Source of the DNA: a virus
DNA: 64,000 bases
IMG/VR virus record: IMGVR_UViG_3300042389_001739
Location: 15,723 to 79,722 of that record
Strand: one strand, 5' to 3'
Shown here: one piece after another, positions 10,278 to 19,691 of the stretch
How positions within the stretch are numbered: the stretch's first letter is position 1
How the letters are laid out: each line of letters starts with the position of its first letter
Made by a program: the position numbers and the translations under genes
The notes under the pieces: generated by a model
What the model was told of the DNA's origin: nothing
The model's database searches: none
The model's input: only the letters and a program-made list of their open reading frames with translations

Positions 10278-10293
10278 TAAATTCCGGAATTTA
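10278..10293. promoter_or_regulatory. Perfect 16-bp palindrome TAAATTCCGGAATTTA, member of a recurrent site family
   Basis: Related copies at 15231, 23380, 33946, 40081, 51854, 56310, 57966 and 60094. Confidence 0.55.
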
Positions 10294-10644
10294 AACTTCA
10301 ACCTTCTCAGCCGCAGCTAACAGGTTTCCAAACCGGGCAACAAAAATCTCGACATCATCCAGCTCAAGGGTTACCAGCCAGTTTCGCCGGTTTTTGCGGT
10401 GAAACACGACCGGGATTTCACCTTCCTTGGCGTCGCGCTTGGCCTGTAGCACTGCGGTATCAATATTGAGCTTTTCCACGCGCTTGCACTCTACGTGCAC
10501 GCCCGGTAAGCCCACAACATCGTCACCTTCGATGCCGTTATACTGCTGCCCTCTGCGGGCATTGACGTTAAAAAGCCTGCGAAACTCGGCAGCCAGCTCG
10601 CGTTCGCCGACCTTACCTTTTCGATTACCGTTAATCCGTGCCAT
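10291..10644 (-). CDS. Holliday junction resolvase, PD-(D/E)XK (Hjc-like)
   Basis: KGKVGERELA, GDDV, HVECKR, PVVFHR motifs, 117 aa. Confidence 0.85.
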   Translation of the reverse strand: MARINGNRKGKVGERELAAEFRRLFNVNARRGQQYNGIEGDDVVGLPGVHVECKRVEKLNIDTAVLQAKRDAKEGEIPVVFHRKNRRNWLVTLELDDVEIFVARFGNLLAAAEKVEV

Positions 10645-10653
10645 GTTGATTCC

Positions 10654-11553
10654 TTAAATCAAACGTTGTTTCCGCCTCGGGTGGTGTGATTGTACGGAAG
10701 TTTCCAAGTTTACACCAGGCAATAGCTCAGGATCGAGTGCTTTTACCGGTTCCGTTGCGCTCGCTTGCGTTGTGCCTGCAATTTTTAACGGGTCAGTACA
10801 CTGCAAAAGCTTATGATATTCAGCCATTACCCAGTGCAAACACAGCGAGTCATAACCGGCATTATGCATACTGTTGACATCCACATTATGCTGCTTGATC
10901 AGGTCATAGTGCTCCAGTATGTACTTCAAACCCCACTTGACGCCGCTGATCCTTAACTGGCAAACACGCTGAAAATAGGCTTTAAGCGTCTCGTTACGCT
11001 GCGGCAAGATTGACGAGCGGTAGGAGGCCAGCCGGGACTCGCGTGAATTCCAGATTTGATCTGCTTTGAAAATGGCGCCGGTGTCGAAATAATTGTCTTT
11101 CGGTAAATCGAAAGTTTTACGAAGGAACCTTGCAAAATTACCGCGAATTAAACGCTCGTCAGCCGCTTGACCGTTTTGTGCCACAAAGGGCAAATTACGT
11201 TGACGCCAGGTATCAAACAATGTGCTGTAGAACTTCAGTACGTGAACAGGGTCTTGACCTTCGGACTGCAACACGTGCGGTAATAACCGCCAGCTTGGTC
11301 CTACGATCGCGCGCATATTGTTTAACTTATAGTCTAACCAGTGGGACTGAACCTGCGGATGCTTGTACCAGTTAAGCACCAGATTTAAACGATCCACCAC
11401 AACTCCGTCTTCCACCAGTGTGTGGCCGATCTCAACAATCAAATCGTTACCAGCGTCGCTACCGGTAAATTCTGTATCGAAACAAAGGTAAGAAGGCGGA
11501 AATTGATGACCATACTGGGCTGTAAAGCTACGCTGCCATGCGCTGATGATCAT
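10654..11553 (-). CDS. DEDDh 3'-5' exonuclease (DnaQ-like)
   Basis: ExoI FDTEFTG, ExoII AQNGQAAD, ExoIII HNAGYD. Confidence 0.85.
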   Translation of the reverse strand: MIISAWQRSFTAQYGHQFPPSYLCFDTEFTGSDAGNDLIVEIGHTLVEDGVVVDRLNLVLNWYKHPQVQSHWLDYKLNNMRAIVGPSWRLLPHVLQSEGQDPVHVLKFYSTLFDTWRQRNLPFVAQNGQAADERLIRGNFARFLRKTFDLPKDNYFDTGAIFKADQIWNSRESRLASYRSSILPQRNETLKAYFQRVCQLRISGVKWGLKYILEHYDLIKQHNVDVNSMHNAGYDSLCLHWVMAEYHKLLQCTDPLKIAGTTQASATEPVKALDPELLPGVNLETSVQSHHPRRKQRLI

Positions 11554-11569
11554 ACAATTTCCCTGAATT

Positions 11570-12112
11570 TTAGCCTCGTAAAGTGCGCAACGCAGTGCGG
11601 AACTTTGACTTCAACCGCTCAAACCGGCGTCGGCGTCGTGACATACCAGCGTACCGCCGAAATTGCTCGGCGTAAACCAGCAACTGCTCAACAGTCAACA
11701 AAGGACCTTCACCGTTGACGGTGGCTTCGCGCACCCCGGCATACTGGATTCCGGCATAACACGCGCCAATGTGGGCCAGAACAGCCACCTGAGCTGCTGG
11801 TTTGCAATCCAGAAATCCCGATTTACGTAAGCTATCGAACAGGGTGATTTGTAGTTCGGTTGCAGCGGAAGCCAGGTAACGACAATATGCCCCACAAGCC
11901 TCACCCAGCTCGTCCATCGTAATACGTTCTCGTTCCAGGATGCTATCCAATTCTGGCCAGGTATGATCTTCTAATCGACCCGCCACGATTTCCATCACTT
12001 GTTGAAAGTTATGTGCGACATCCCGCGAAGGATTATACAGCCGATTATCACCGGCGCTCATGCGTGCCTGCATCGTCATAGTTTCTTTAGCTCCATTGTG
12101 CACCGTAGACAT
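11570..12112 (-). CDS. Hypothetical protein
   Basis: 180 aa, basic C-terminus; true start may be the ATG near 12079. Confidence 0.7.
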   Translation of the reverse strand: MSTVHNGAKETMTMQARMSAGDNRLYNPSRDVAHNFQQVMEIVAGRLEDHTWPELDSILERERITMDELGEACGAYCRYLASAATELQITLFDSLRKSGFLDCKPAAQVAVLAHIGACYAGIQYAGVREATVNGEGPLLTVEQLLVYAEQFRRYAGMSRRRRRFERLKSKFRTALRTLRG

Positions 12113-12978
12113 TTTCCGGGATATTCCAGCTCAGCAGGATCTACGTATTCCGGCTGCTTGCATCGGGTACAGGACTGCTTTCGATAAGTTAATGCATGGG
12201 TGGCCAAAACACAGTCTTTTGCGCCAAACGGACAAACATAGCATTCCAGATCAAAGCCTTTAAGACAAGGATTTTGTGTTCGGTCCCGCAGGGTAATCAG
12301 TTCTTTGTTGTAAGCGGTCGTTGCTGCAGTGTGTCCCACCTCGATCGCAAACGGAACATTTTTGGAACGAGCCGGGTCCAGCAGCAACCAGCAACGCAAA
12401 TTGTAAAATTGTCGGGAATCGAGGTAAAGTCCTTTACCAAGCTGCGTGCCCCGCCGATTCACGCGAGACCGGCCAAACCCGAACCCAAAATTCTTTTCGG
12501 TGCGGTACTTGGCCAGGTAATTGGTCTTTTTTACAGACCAGCTTTGTACCAGCGTTTGCGGCACAACCGAACCGGCCAGCGCCTGGAACGTAAAAACATT
12601 TTGCAATTCTTTATCTTTGCGCTGTGTTTCCACGCCGCAAATCTGCACCGGAATCCATTCGTAAGCCTTCTGACGTTCCCAGGGTAATACCGGACGTACC
12701 GAACGCAACTCTTCCACATTGGCCACCAGCCGCCAGCAAATTTCAAAAAGTTGCCGAGACGAAAGCCGCTGCTTGAGCAGAAGCTGCACACTGTCATGAA
12801 TCACACATCGCAGGATGCCGTCCGGCAACTCCTGATGCAAGCGGTCGACGAAGTCGTGATAGGTTTGCGCCACCAGTTCCTTACCGACAAAATCATTCAG
12901 GTTTTCAACCAGACTATCTCGCTGTTTAAACAACCGCGTGAGCGAAATGGAAGGTATAGGCGGATGTTCGTCCATCAC
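12076..12978 (-). CDS. Hypothetical protein with Cys-rich (zinc-binding) C-terminus
   Basis: C..CYVCP..C, CTRC and CLRC motifs. Confidence 0.75.
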   Translation of the reverse strand: MMDEHPPIPSISLTRLFKQRDSLVENLNDFVGKELVAQTYHDFVDRLHQELPDGILRCVIHDSVQLLLKQRLSSRQLFEICWRLVANVEELRSVRPVLPWERQKAYEWIPVQICGVETQRKDKELQNVFTFQALAGSVVPQTLVQSWSVKKTNYLAKYRTEKNFGFGFGRSRVNRRGTQLGKGLYLDSRQFYNLRCWLLLDPARSKNVPFAIEVGHTAATTAYNKELITLRDRTQNPCLKGFDLECYVCPFGAKDCVLATHALTYRKQSCTRCKQPEYVDPAELEYPGKCLRCTMELKKL

Positions 12979-13436
12979 TCCTCCAGGATTTTGTCGGCGT
13001 TCAGACCTGTCAGGATGTATTCGTTTTGGACCCAGCGGACAAACCGGGTGTAATCAGGATTAGCAAACTCATGCACCGCGTTGCCGGTTTCAGACAGGCC
13101 GCAGTCAAAATAAGTCCAACCCGGAAACACCAGACCGCCGCTGACGTTACAGGCCTTCAACATTGCCTCGGCTTCAGCGGGTGAACCGCCTGCGTTGAGG
13201 TAGGCGGCAAAAGCGCGCAACAAACCGAGCAAGCGTTTCTGCGCCGCCACCTGTGCGGCCGTAGGTTCCTTGAGCTGCTGCAGTGTATCGTACTGAATCA
13301 CCTGCGCATGCTCCGGTGCACGCAGGCCAAAGACGATACTGCTGTAAACATTATGCACGTCATGCTTGCGCTCGGCGTAATACCCAGCACGCGGCGTCAT
13401 CTTATCCCAGTTAAACATCTGATACAGCTCCGCCAT
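12975..13436 (-). CDS. Hypothetical protein
   Basis: 153 aa, 4-bp overlap with the downstream gene. Confidence 0.7.
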   Translation of the reverse strand: MAELYQMFNWDKMTPRAGYYAERKHDVHNVYSSIVFGLRAPEHAQVIQYDTLQQLKEPTAAQVAAQKRLLGLLRAFAAYLNAGGSPAEAEAMLKACNVSGGLVFPGWTYFDCGLSETGNAVHEFANPDYTRFVRWVQNEYILTGLNADKILEE

Positions 13437-14274
13437 TACAAATTACCAGGGTGTCTCGTACACGCTTACTTATGAACTTGGTTATTTCCAGCTGAAAATT
13501 TCCATATTGACGCGTGATGTCACCGTCTTCCCAGATGTAGACTTCATTTTGTCTACCCAACCCGCGACGACCCTTGCGACCGCCGACATTAATATGCACA
13601 ACGGGAAAACGATAATCATACAGCTCTTTCTGGATATGCGCTTCACAATGACAACGCGCTCCTTCCGGAAAACTGTGTAAAGTACGGTTCTGCTGCCGGA
13701 TTAATTCGCCCAGGATCGAGTCGCCCCCGTTGTGATGCAACCCTTTAAAAGGGTAATCCCACCGGCGTAAAAACGCAGCATCAGCTACCCACCAACCCCC
13801 GGTGATAAAACGATAGTGATGGGATTTACTTACAGGGTATTGATACCAGGGCTGCTGCCTAATTGCCGCATATTGTTCTCCGCGTTGCCGGATTGCATGC
13901 GGTATCCCAAGTTGCACGAAATCAGGACCGGCGGCACAAACTTTATCGGCAACCAATTGCCACCAAGACGCACCTGAATCCAAAAAACTGTCGTCGTCAA
14001 ACCACATGAGATGCGTGGCCGTTTTAGGCTGCAGCATCTGTCGCATCATGGGATACTTACCTGGATTTTGCTCGGTTTTAAACACTGTAACAGGCCAGTG
14101 TTCTGCTTGTCTGGCTGCCCAGCGCTGCACCAGTGTTTCGGTCGCAGTTGACACTGCGTTTAAACCGATTCGAAATTCTTCAATTACAGAACAATTCTGT
14201 TGTGGTAACGAAGACAGCAGCCGTTCAGCCAGTGCCGGGTAATCGCCGTAAAGCAAAGCACATACTGTAAACAT
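13411..14274 (-). CDS. GT-A (GT2-like) glycosyltransferase, paralogue of the C-terminal domain of 61158..63077
   Basis: WFDDDS DxD motif, KYPMMR, HNGGDSILGE. Confidence 0.8.
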   Translation of the reverse strand: MFTVCALLYGDYPALAERLLSSLPQQNCSVIEEFRIGLNAVSTATETLVQRWAARQAEHWPVTVFKTEQNPGKYPMMRQMLQPKTATHLMWFDDDSFLDSGASWWQLVADKVCAAGPDFVQLGIPHAIRQRGEQYAAIRQQPWYQYPVSKSHHYRFITGGWWVADAAFLRRWDYPFKGLHHNGGDSILGELIRQQNRTLHSFPEGARCHCEAHIQKELYDYRFPVVHINVGGRKGRRGLGRQNEVYIWEDGDITRQYGNFQLEITKFISKRVRDTLVICNGGAVSDV

Positions 14275-14287
14275 AAACGCTCCAATG

Positions 14288-14315
14288 AAAAAGCCCGCAA
14301 AACCAGTTTGCGGGC
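14288..14315 (-). terminator. Intrinsic terminator
   Basis: Stem GCCCGCAAA/TTTGCGGGC followed by a T5 tract on the minus strand, just after gene 14338..15219. Confidence 0.8.
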
Positions 14316-14337
14316 GGGTACCATATTAACGGCTAAA

Positions 14338-15219
14338 TCAGGCTTTGGACCGCCGCGGGAGCTGCCGCTTTTTGGCGGCCACCACGATATCCGGCTGAAT
14401 TTGAGGTGGACCTTCATCAAACACGTCTTCTTCAAGGTCCGGCTGTACTGCGGGTTTGGCTTCTCCGCCCAACACCCGCTTAGCGCGGCTAATTGCCGCA
14501 TCCAGTTTCGGCTGCATGCTGTTTAGATGTTCCTGCATCACCAGCATGCGTGCCCGGGTGTTTTCCAGATTCTCCAGGAATCTGTCATTAATCTTGGCCG
14601 GAGGCAAATCCGCCAGATCGGCTTCAAGCGGATCAGCTACCTGCAGGACATAGTTATCCACATGCTGGAGACTGGTGAACAACTTGTACAACTTGGCATC
14701 GACCGACGAGGGAATCGTCGGCTTACGCCCACCTTCCCGGTGGATTACGGCATCCTTTTTGCCTTGCAGCTCAAGCGCCAATTCGTTGGCTGACCAGCTG
14801 TTTTGCCTGATCTTTTTAAGATAAGCCAGCTGCTTTTTCGACTCGACCTTCTGTAGCTGGACAAAATGCGTCCAGGTCAAATAGGTTCCGTTGGCCATCG
14901 GCTCGGTGGCCTGATCCTGCACAAACTGCCGATCAAAGGCAGTCGCAACATTGCGCATGTCGTACAGTGTCGTCAGATTGATATTAGGCTGGCCCCAGTA
15001 TGCCGCCAACTTTTTGACCTCGCTTTTACGCTGATGGTCGTTCAAGTCGTCGTTTTCCAGCACCTGATCGACCAACAACCCCAGATCATAAAACACCGTC
15101 AAGGATATCTTGGCCGCTGCTTTGAGTTTTTCAACTCCAGCCAACGCCACCTGCCGAGTCACATCGGCCATGTCATCAAAAATTTCCTGTTGATGCGCTG
15201 TGCGCGCTAATTCACCCAT
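14338..15219 (-). CDS. DUF1016 (YhcG) N-terminal-like putative DNA-binding protein with coiled coil
   Basis: FYDLG..., TLYDMR..A, LTWTHF..L..V, WSANEL match the DUF1016_N pattern (YW.IG, NL..MR, LSWSH, WS.REL). Confidence 0.55.
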   Translation of the reverse strand: MGELARTAHQQEIFDDMADVTRQVALAGVEKLKAAAKISLTVFYDLGLLVDQVLENDDLNDHQRKSEVKKLAAYWGQPNINLTTLYDMRNVATAFDRQFVQDQATEPMANGTYLTWTHFVQLQKVESKKQLAYLKKIRQNSWSANELALELQGKKDAVIHREGGRKPTIPSSVDAKLYKLFTSLQHVDNYVLQVADPLEADLADLPPAKINDRFLENLENTRARMLVMQEHLNSMQPKLDAAISRAKRVLGGEAKPAVQPDLEEDVFDEGPPQIQPDIVVAAKKRQLPRRSKA

Positions 15220-15249
15220 TGTTGAATTCCTTTAAATCCAGAATTTAAA

Positions 15250-15810
15250 TCACAACCGCCAGGCCAGCCCTGTCTGGATGTGGTCGATGAGCGCGGTGTA
15301 CGGCTGCACAACCAGCTGCATCGCATGCTTTTTACCACCCTTATGTACATGGCAACTGGACTGCGGCGGCACAAACATTTCCCAGTTACCGTTATGGATC
15401 ACCATCCCCTGTGCGAACCCTCGCCGCGGAAAAATCATTGCCAGCGGACGATCCGGGTACCGCTTGTACAGCTCTTCAAACCGAGATTCATAGCGCTGCA
15501 CTAGCGGCAAGCTGCGAAAGGTTTTAAACCAGAGCGGATGAATTGACCGCTGATCCTTATGAATCGGCGGTTCATCCGTCATGGCATCAGCAAACAGGTA
15601 AACCGGAAAAGTATTCACCACAGTATTGAAAGCTTCACAGGTGAAGTGGTCCGTAGTCGACAATTTCCTGATTTCCTGCTTGCAAGCCATGGACAGTTTC
15701 AGACGATTGGCTGTCCACTCAATACGAGCCGATTCCCACTGGCTGACCCGCCGTTCGGCCTGCTCGTAACGTGTAATTTTACTCAGTAATGGATGAAATG
15801 GATGATCCAT
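15250..15810 (-). CDS. Hypothetical protein
   Basis: 186 aa, starts 1 nt after the recA stop. Confidence 0.75.
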   Translation of the reverse strand: MDHPFHPLLSKITRYEQAERRVSQWESARIEWTANRLKLSMACKQEIRKLSTTDHFTCEAFNTVVNTFPVYLFADAMTDEPPIHKDQRSIHPLWFKTFRSLPLVQRYESRFEELYKRYPDRPLAMIFPRRGFAQGMVIHNGNWEMFVPPQSSCHVHKGGKKHAMQLVVQPYTALIDHIQTGLAWRL

Positions 15811-15811
15811 G

Positions 15812-17344
15812 TCACTTCGACTTTTTACGAGTTTTATGCTCCAGCTGCATTGCCTCGTACGGTAAAGGCAATACCTTGCGCCGCTTGATATTCAGCGCAT
15901 CGCGAATCCGATCACAGACCTCGGGATTATCCTGAATCATCTGGCCGACCTCAGAAAACGGCAGATATTCTTTACCCATCCCCAGCGCCGGGAAATTTGC
16001 CAGGCACTCCAAATCCGCTTTTGGACTTTGACAATTGATGTGCAGATCGCGCGCTTTGAGTCGTTGCTGTCCTGTACCCTCCAGCTCGTGGAGCAAAGTT
16101 ACCAGCGCCCAGTTCCAGTCCCACAAAAACACATCGCGAGGATCGCCTGTCTCGGGGTCGTCTTCGACCCACCAGATAAACCGGGTCTTAATTCGTCGCC
16201 CGGTAGGTCCGAACGAATTCTTGGAACACCGCAGTTCGATACCGATACCCTCAAATTGGGCATTCTTAATTTTTGAACGCCAGACTCCGGTCTGGACCTC
16301 AAAACTTTCGTGGAAATTAAACGCCTGACCCCCCAGCGTATACCGATGCGCGTTACCCTGTTGATCAGTCTTTTCCTTGAGGTGATTAATCAGCAGCAAT
16401 GTAAAAGGCCAGTCATCCAGCTCGCTTTTGATCGCAGGCAGATAGTTGGAATTCATCAGTGCGGTGATCGGGTGCACGCGTCCGGCGGTACCGTCCTTTT
16501 GTACCTTCTCCAGCACTTCCTGCGACTGGGTGCCACCGATCGAGTCGACACAGCAACAAACCGGAATTTTTTTCCCGGGGCCTACCTCGTTATCGGAAAC
16601 ACGCACCATATCGCGCTGAAGTTCGCGAACATAGTGCGTCAGCATCTGCTGCCAAACCTCCGTACTGTCGGCTTTATTCGATATGATTGGCATATGATTG
16701 CGCGCAACCCGCATGATGTCACACGCAAAATCCGCATCAAATTTGAACTCCGTATCAATATGTACGGAGATGCCCTGCCTTTCATAAAACCAGCGAAATA
16801 TTTCGTACGACAGCGCGGACTTGCAGGTGCCCCAGGTACCCGCCAGCATCATCACACTGGATAAAGGGAAAACGTCGTTCGCCAATAAGTACTCAAATGC
16901 CAGCGAAGGCATGGGAATCCCGATGGCCAGCTGCTGGAGTTCTTCCCGCGAAGCAAACACATGGTTTTGCCCGAATTTATCCCGTGCCCGGTTCAGCAGA
17001 CTGGTCATCATTTCGGACCGCGTTGCTGCGGCGTTGACATCAGACCAACGCGTCACAAGTGCTTCCTGCTGCTTCTGATTCAGTCGCCGCTTATCTGGCA
17101 AAATAATATGATTTTTGCGCGGAGTTGCGGCAACGGCGATCTGCTGCGGGAATTCTTCGCCTTCAGCTTCAAGTTGCACTGTCGGCGGCGGAGGCTGAGC
17201 CGCGGATCGGCGTGGTAACTTCTTTGCCGGTTGAGCTTTTTTCTTGGTTTCCGCTTTTTTCACCCGCGGTGGGGCATCGCCTAACATATCTTCGTATTCG
17301 CTCATGAGATCCTCGATTGTGGTTGGGGAACCGACGTGAGGCAA
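15812..17344 (-). CDS. recA: RecA/UvsX-like recombinase
   Basis: Walker A GTWGTCKS, HIDTE, Walker B VDSIG, LINHL, GG..F.F, KNSFG; ~90-aa disordered N-terminal extension. Confidence 0.88.
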   Translation of the reverse strand: MPHVGSPTTIEDLMSEYEDMLGDAPPRVKKAETKKKAQPAKKLPRRSAAQPPPPTVQLEAEGEEFPQQIAVAATPRKNHIILPDKRRLNQKQQEALVTRWSDVNAAATRSEMMTSLLNRARDKFGQNHVFASREELQQLAIGIPMPSLAFEYLLANDVFPLSSVMMLAGTWGTCKSALSYEIFRWFYERQGISVHIDTEFKFDADFACDIMRVARNHMPIISNKADSTEVWQQMLTHYVRELQRDMVRVSDNEVGPGKKIPVCCCVDSIGGTQSQEVLEKVQKDGTAGRVHPITALMNSNYLPAIKSELDDWPFTLLLINHLKEKTDQQGNAHRYTLGGQAFNFHESFEVQTGVWRSKIKNAQFEGIGIELRCSKNSFGPTGRRIKTRFIWWVEDDPETGDPRDVFLWDWNWALVTLLHELEGTGQQRLKARDLHINCQSPKADLECLANFPALGMGKEYLPFSEVGQMIQDNPEVCDRIRDALNIKRRKVLPLPYEAMQLEHKTRKKSK

Positions 17345-17371
17345 TTATACCTCACGTCGGCGTGAAAACAA

Positions 17372-19039
17372 TCAACTGGACCGTCTTGGCTTTTTACCGC
17401 TGGCCGGAGCTTGCGGCTTTTTGTCGCTGGGCGGTTCGCTTACTCGCTTATGCGAGCGTGCGATTGCCTTGGCTTTAGCCAGGCTATTCACCTGATTCTG
17501 ATCGAACTCAGGCTCGTCATCAAAGTTGGCGAACTTGTCTTCTTCGTCAGGTAACGACTCTTCGTCAAACTCGTCGTCATCCGGATTGACCTGCTGCTGC
17601 GTGGCCGCAGGCGGGAAATCATCCTCGAAGTCAACGTCTTCGAACTCGTCCGCAAGTTCTGCCGCAGTTTTCTTCGGTGCTGCTAGTGCGGTAGATTGAC
17701 GACGTGGTGGCACTTCCGCTTCGTCCTCAAACTCATCTTCGGGTTGTGGCTGTGTAACCCGCGGTTTACGCGTCGGCGCTACACCCATATCCACGACCGT
17801 TCGCGCCTGTAAGATCGATTGCACACAGTCGTAATTGAGATATTCCGGATGGGACATCCAGGAAAATCGCAATAGATTTGGAATTTGCTGGAACCCGCGG
17901 GCGATCCATTCGCACCGCTGCTCGATAGATGGTTCGAACAGCAGAAAAGTGTTGGCCGGGTCCTGTGGGGACTCGCGCCAGAAGAATAGGTGCTTATCCA
18001 ATATGTTCTGCACCTGCTCTGCGGACAAATCGGGTGTTAGCACACCGTTTGGTCCTTGAAACCGCGTGGAAATTGCCGCTTCATACTCGACAATTTCCGT
18101 ACCGCGCGGTGTACCTGTAAACGTGGTATTTGTCGGTATTGTCAAATTTAGCGGGTTGTACAGCGTGAAGAACAAACCGCCCTTTACTGTCCCGGTGGTT
18201 GGGTTAAATCGACCACACGGATCGCCGAATTTGAACGGAGCGCTCGGATTGACCGACTCGTCCCCCGACCAATCCTGCTTTTCTTCGTTACACAGTTGCA
18301 GTATTCGTCTGCCTGCGGACTGACTCATCTCGAAGACATACAGCGGATCACCCGCCTTTTCACCGTAGGGAATACCCTCGCGCGGAATATCCTTGATTAC
18401 GGTCTTTGACCCTTTGGTGTATTCGATGTGTTCGCGGGTCAAGTCAAAGTCCGGCCCGTTTTGCAGCATAGACGCTACGACGAAGTAGCGGCTGTTAAAA
18501 GGCGGCAAAGCCTTGTATGACCCTGAAAAGAGTTTATTCCACTGATTGTCCCACTGTCGACCCTGCGAAAATTGGCCTGCATCGAAGGCCTTTTTTGCGC
18601 TCATGTAGAGCTTGACATAAGGCTCGTCCCAGAACGAAACACCTTCCACTGTGCTGATCTTGTTACGCCCGATGATATACGAGAACTGATTCGCGTCTTC
18701 ACCTGCCAGCAACGGCTTACTGGCGTCAGTACCAAGACCAGCAAACGCGACAGTTGGTACTGGCTGGCTGATGGACATACCGCCCAGGCCTGCCGAACCT
18801 TCCGCATTTAAACGACCATTCAGCAGCTGCTCGTGTGGATTCTCAGGATCGAGCATATTCCAGATGCGCAGAACCGTTGAGCCTTTCTTGTAGCAGCGAA
18901 GTCGGTCAAGGCGCACATCCTTTACCTCAGGATTCAGGTAATGAACCCCCTTAGGACCGTTGTAGGTCCGTTCATCATTAGATTCCATTTGACGGTTGAT
19001 TGATTCACGAGTGCGGGGGATAAAACTTCTCTTAGCCAT
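17372..19039 (-). CDS. Putative single-stranded DNA-binding/recombination mediator protein
   Basis: 555 aa with a long acidic DE/F-rich C-terminal region, directly upstream of recA; no diagnostic motif. Confidence 0.45.
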   Translation of the reverse strand: MAKRSFIPRTRESINRQMESNDERTYNGPKGVHYLNPEVKDVRLDRLRCYKKGSTVLRIWNMLDPENPHEQLLNGRLNAEGSAGLGGMSISQPVPTVAFAGLGTDASKPLLAGEDANQFSYIIGRNKISTVEGVSFWDEPYVKLYMSAKKAFDAGQFSQGRQWDNQWNKLFSGSYKALPPFNSRYFVVASMLQNGPDFDLTREHIEYTKGSKTVIKDIPREGIPYGEKAGDPLYVFEMSQSAGRRILQLCNEEKQDWSGDESVNPSAPFKFGDPCGRFNPTTGTVKGGLFFTLYNPLNLTIPTNTTFTGTPRGTEIVEYEAAISTRFQGPNGVLTPDLSAEQVQNILDKHLFFWRESPQDPANTFLLFEPSIEQRCEWIARGFQQIPNLLRFSWMSHPEYLNYDCVQSILQARTVVDMGVAPTRKPRVTQPQPEDEFEDEAEVPPRRQSTALAAPKKTAAELADEFEDVDFEDDFPPAATQQQVNPDDDEFDEESLPDEEDKFANFDDEPEFDQNQVNSLAKAKAIARSHKRVSEPPSDKKPQAPASGKKPRRSS

Positions 19040-19691
19040 TGTTACTCCTAGTGGGAATATAGTTCACAATCTCATCTACAATCCGCTCTGGTTCAACCAG
19101 CGCGTTGTCTTTAACGCAGCAAATTCGCACCGATTTTACGGTGGGTTGATATTCTATCAGACGATCCCGGTAAAAAGCATTCACCTTTTCCAGAAGCGTC
19201 CGATCACGCTCATGCACGTCCAGTTTGCCGTCACGTTTTGCAACATTTTTTATTGCAAAATCCACCGGCATATCCAGGTAAACTAAAAGATCCGGTACGG
19301 GCAAACCAAACGTACCGTGTTCCAGTTTATCCAGGTATTTCAATAACCGATCCTGTTCTGCTCCTTCCGTTTTTGCGGCCAGATAGGCCAGGTTTGAGGC
19401 GACATACCGGTCCACAATCGCGATCGACTGTCCGTCTGCCGCCGCCTGCAGCTGATGCTGATCGGAATCAAATCGATTGATTGCCCACAGGGTACTACAA
19501 AACTCGGGAGTAATCGCCTGATGATACTTGTTATCCAAAATACGGCGAATCAACTGACCGCTGGCTGATTGATATTCCGGATACTTGACTACATACACCG
19601 GTAAACTCATTCGCTGGCGCAAACGCCACAATAAACGGTTAGCCGCGGTGGTTTTACCAGAACCGTCAATTCCCTCCAGATTAATGATCAC
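19032..19691 (-). CDS. tmk: Thymidylate kinase
   Basis: LEGIDGSGKTT, DRYVASNLAY, PDLLVYLD motifs. Confidence 0.93.
   Translation of the reverse strand: MIINLEGIDGSGKTTAANRLLWRLRQRMSLPVYVVKYPEYQSASGQLIRRILDNKYHQAITPEFCSTLWAINRFDSDQHQLQAAADGQSIAIVDRYVASNLAYLAAKTEGAEQDRLLKYLDKLEHGTFGLPVPDLLVYLDMPVDFAIKNVAKRDGKLDVHERDRTLLEKVNAFYRDRLIEYQPTVKSVRICCVKDNALVEPERIVDEIVNYIPTRSNNG

Noticed and set aside
17372-19039. Chimallin (phage nucleus shell), suggested by the tubulin
   Set aside because: No recognisable similarity; the acidic tail and position beside recA fit an SSB-like role better
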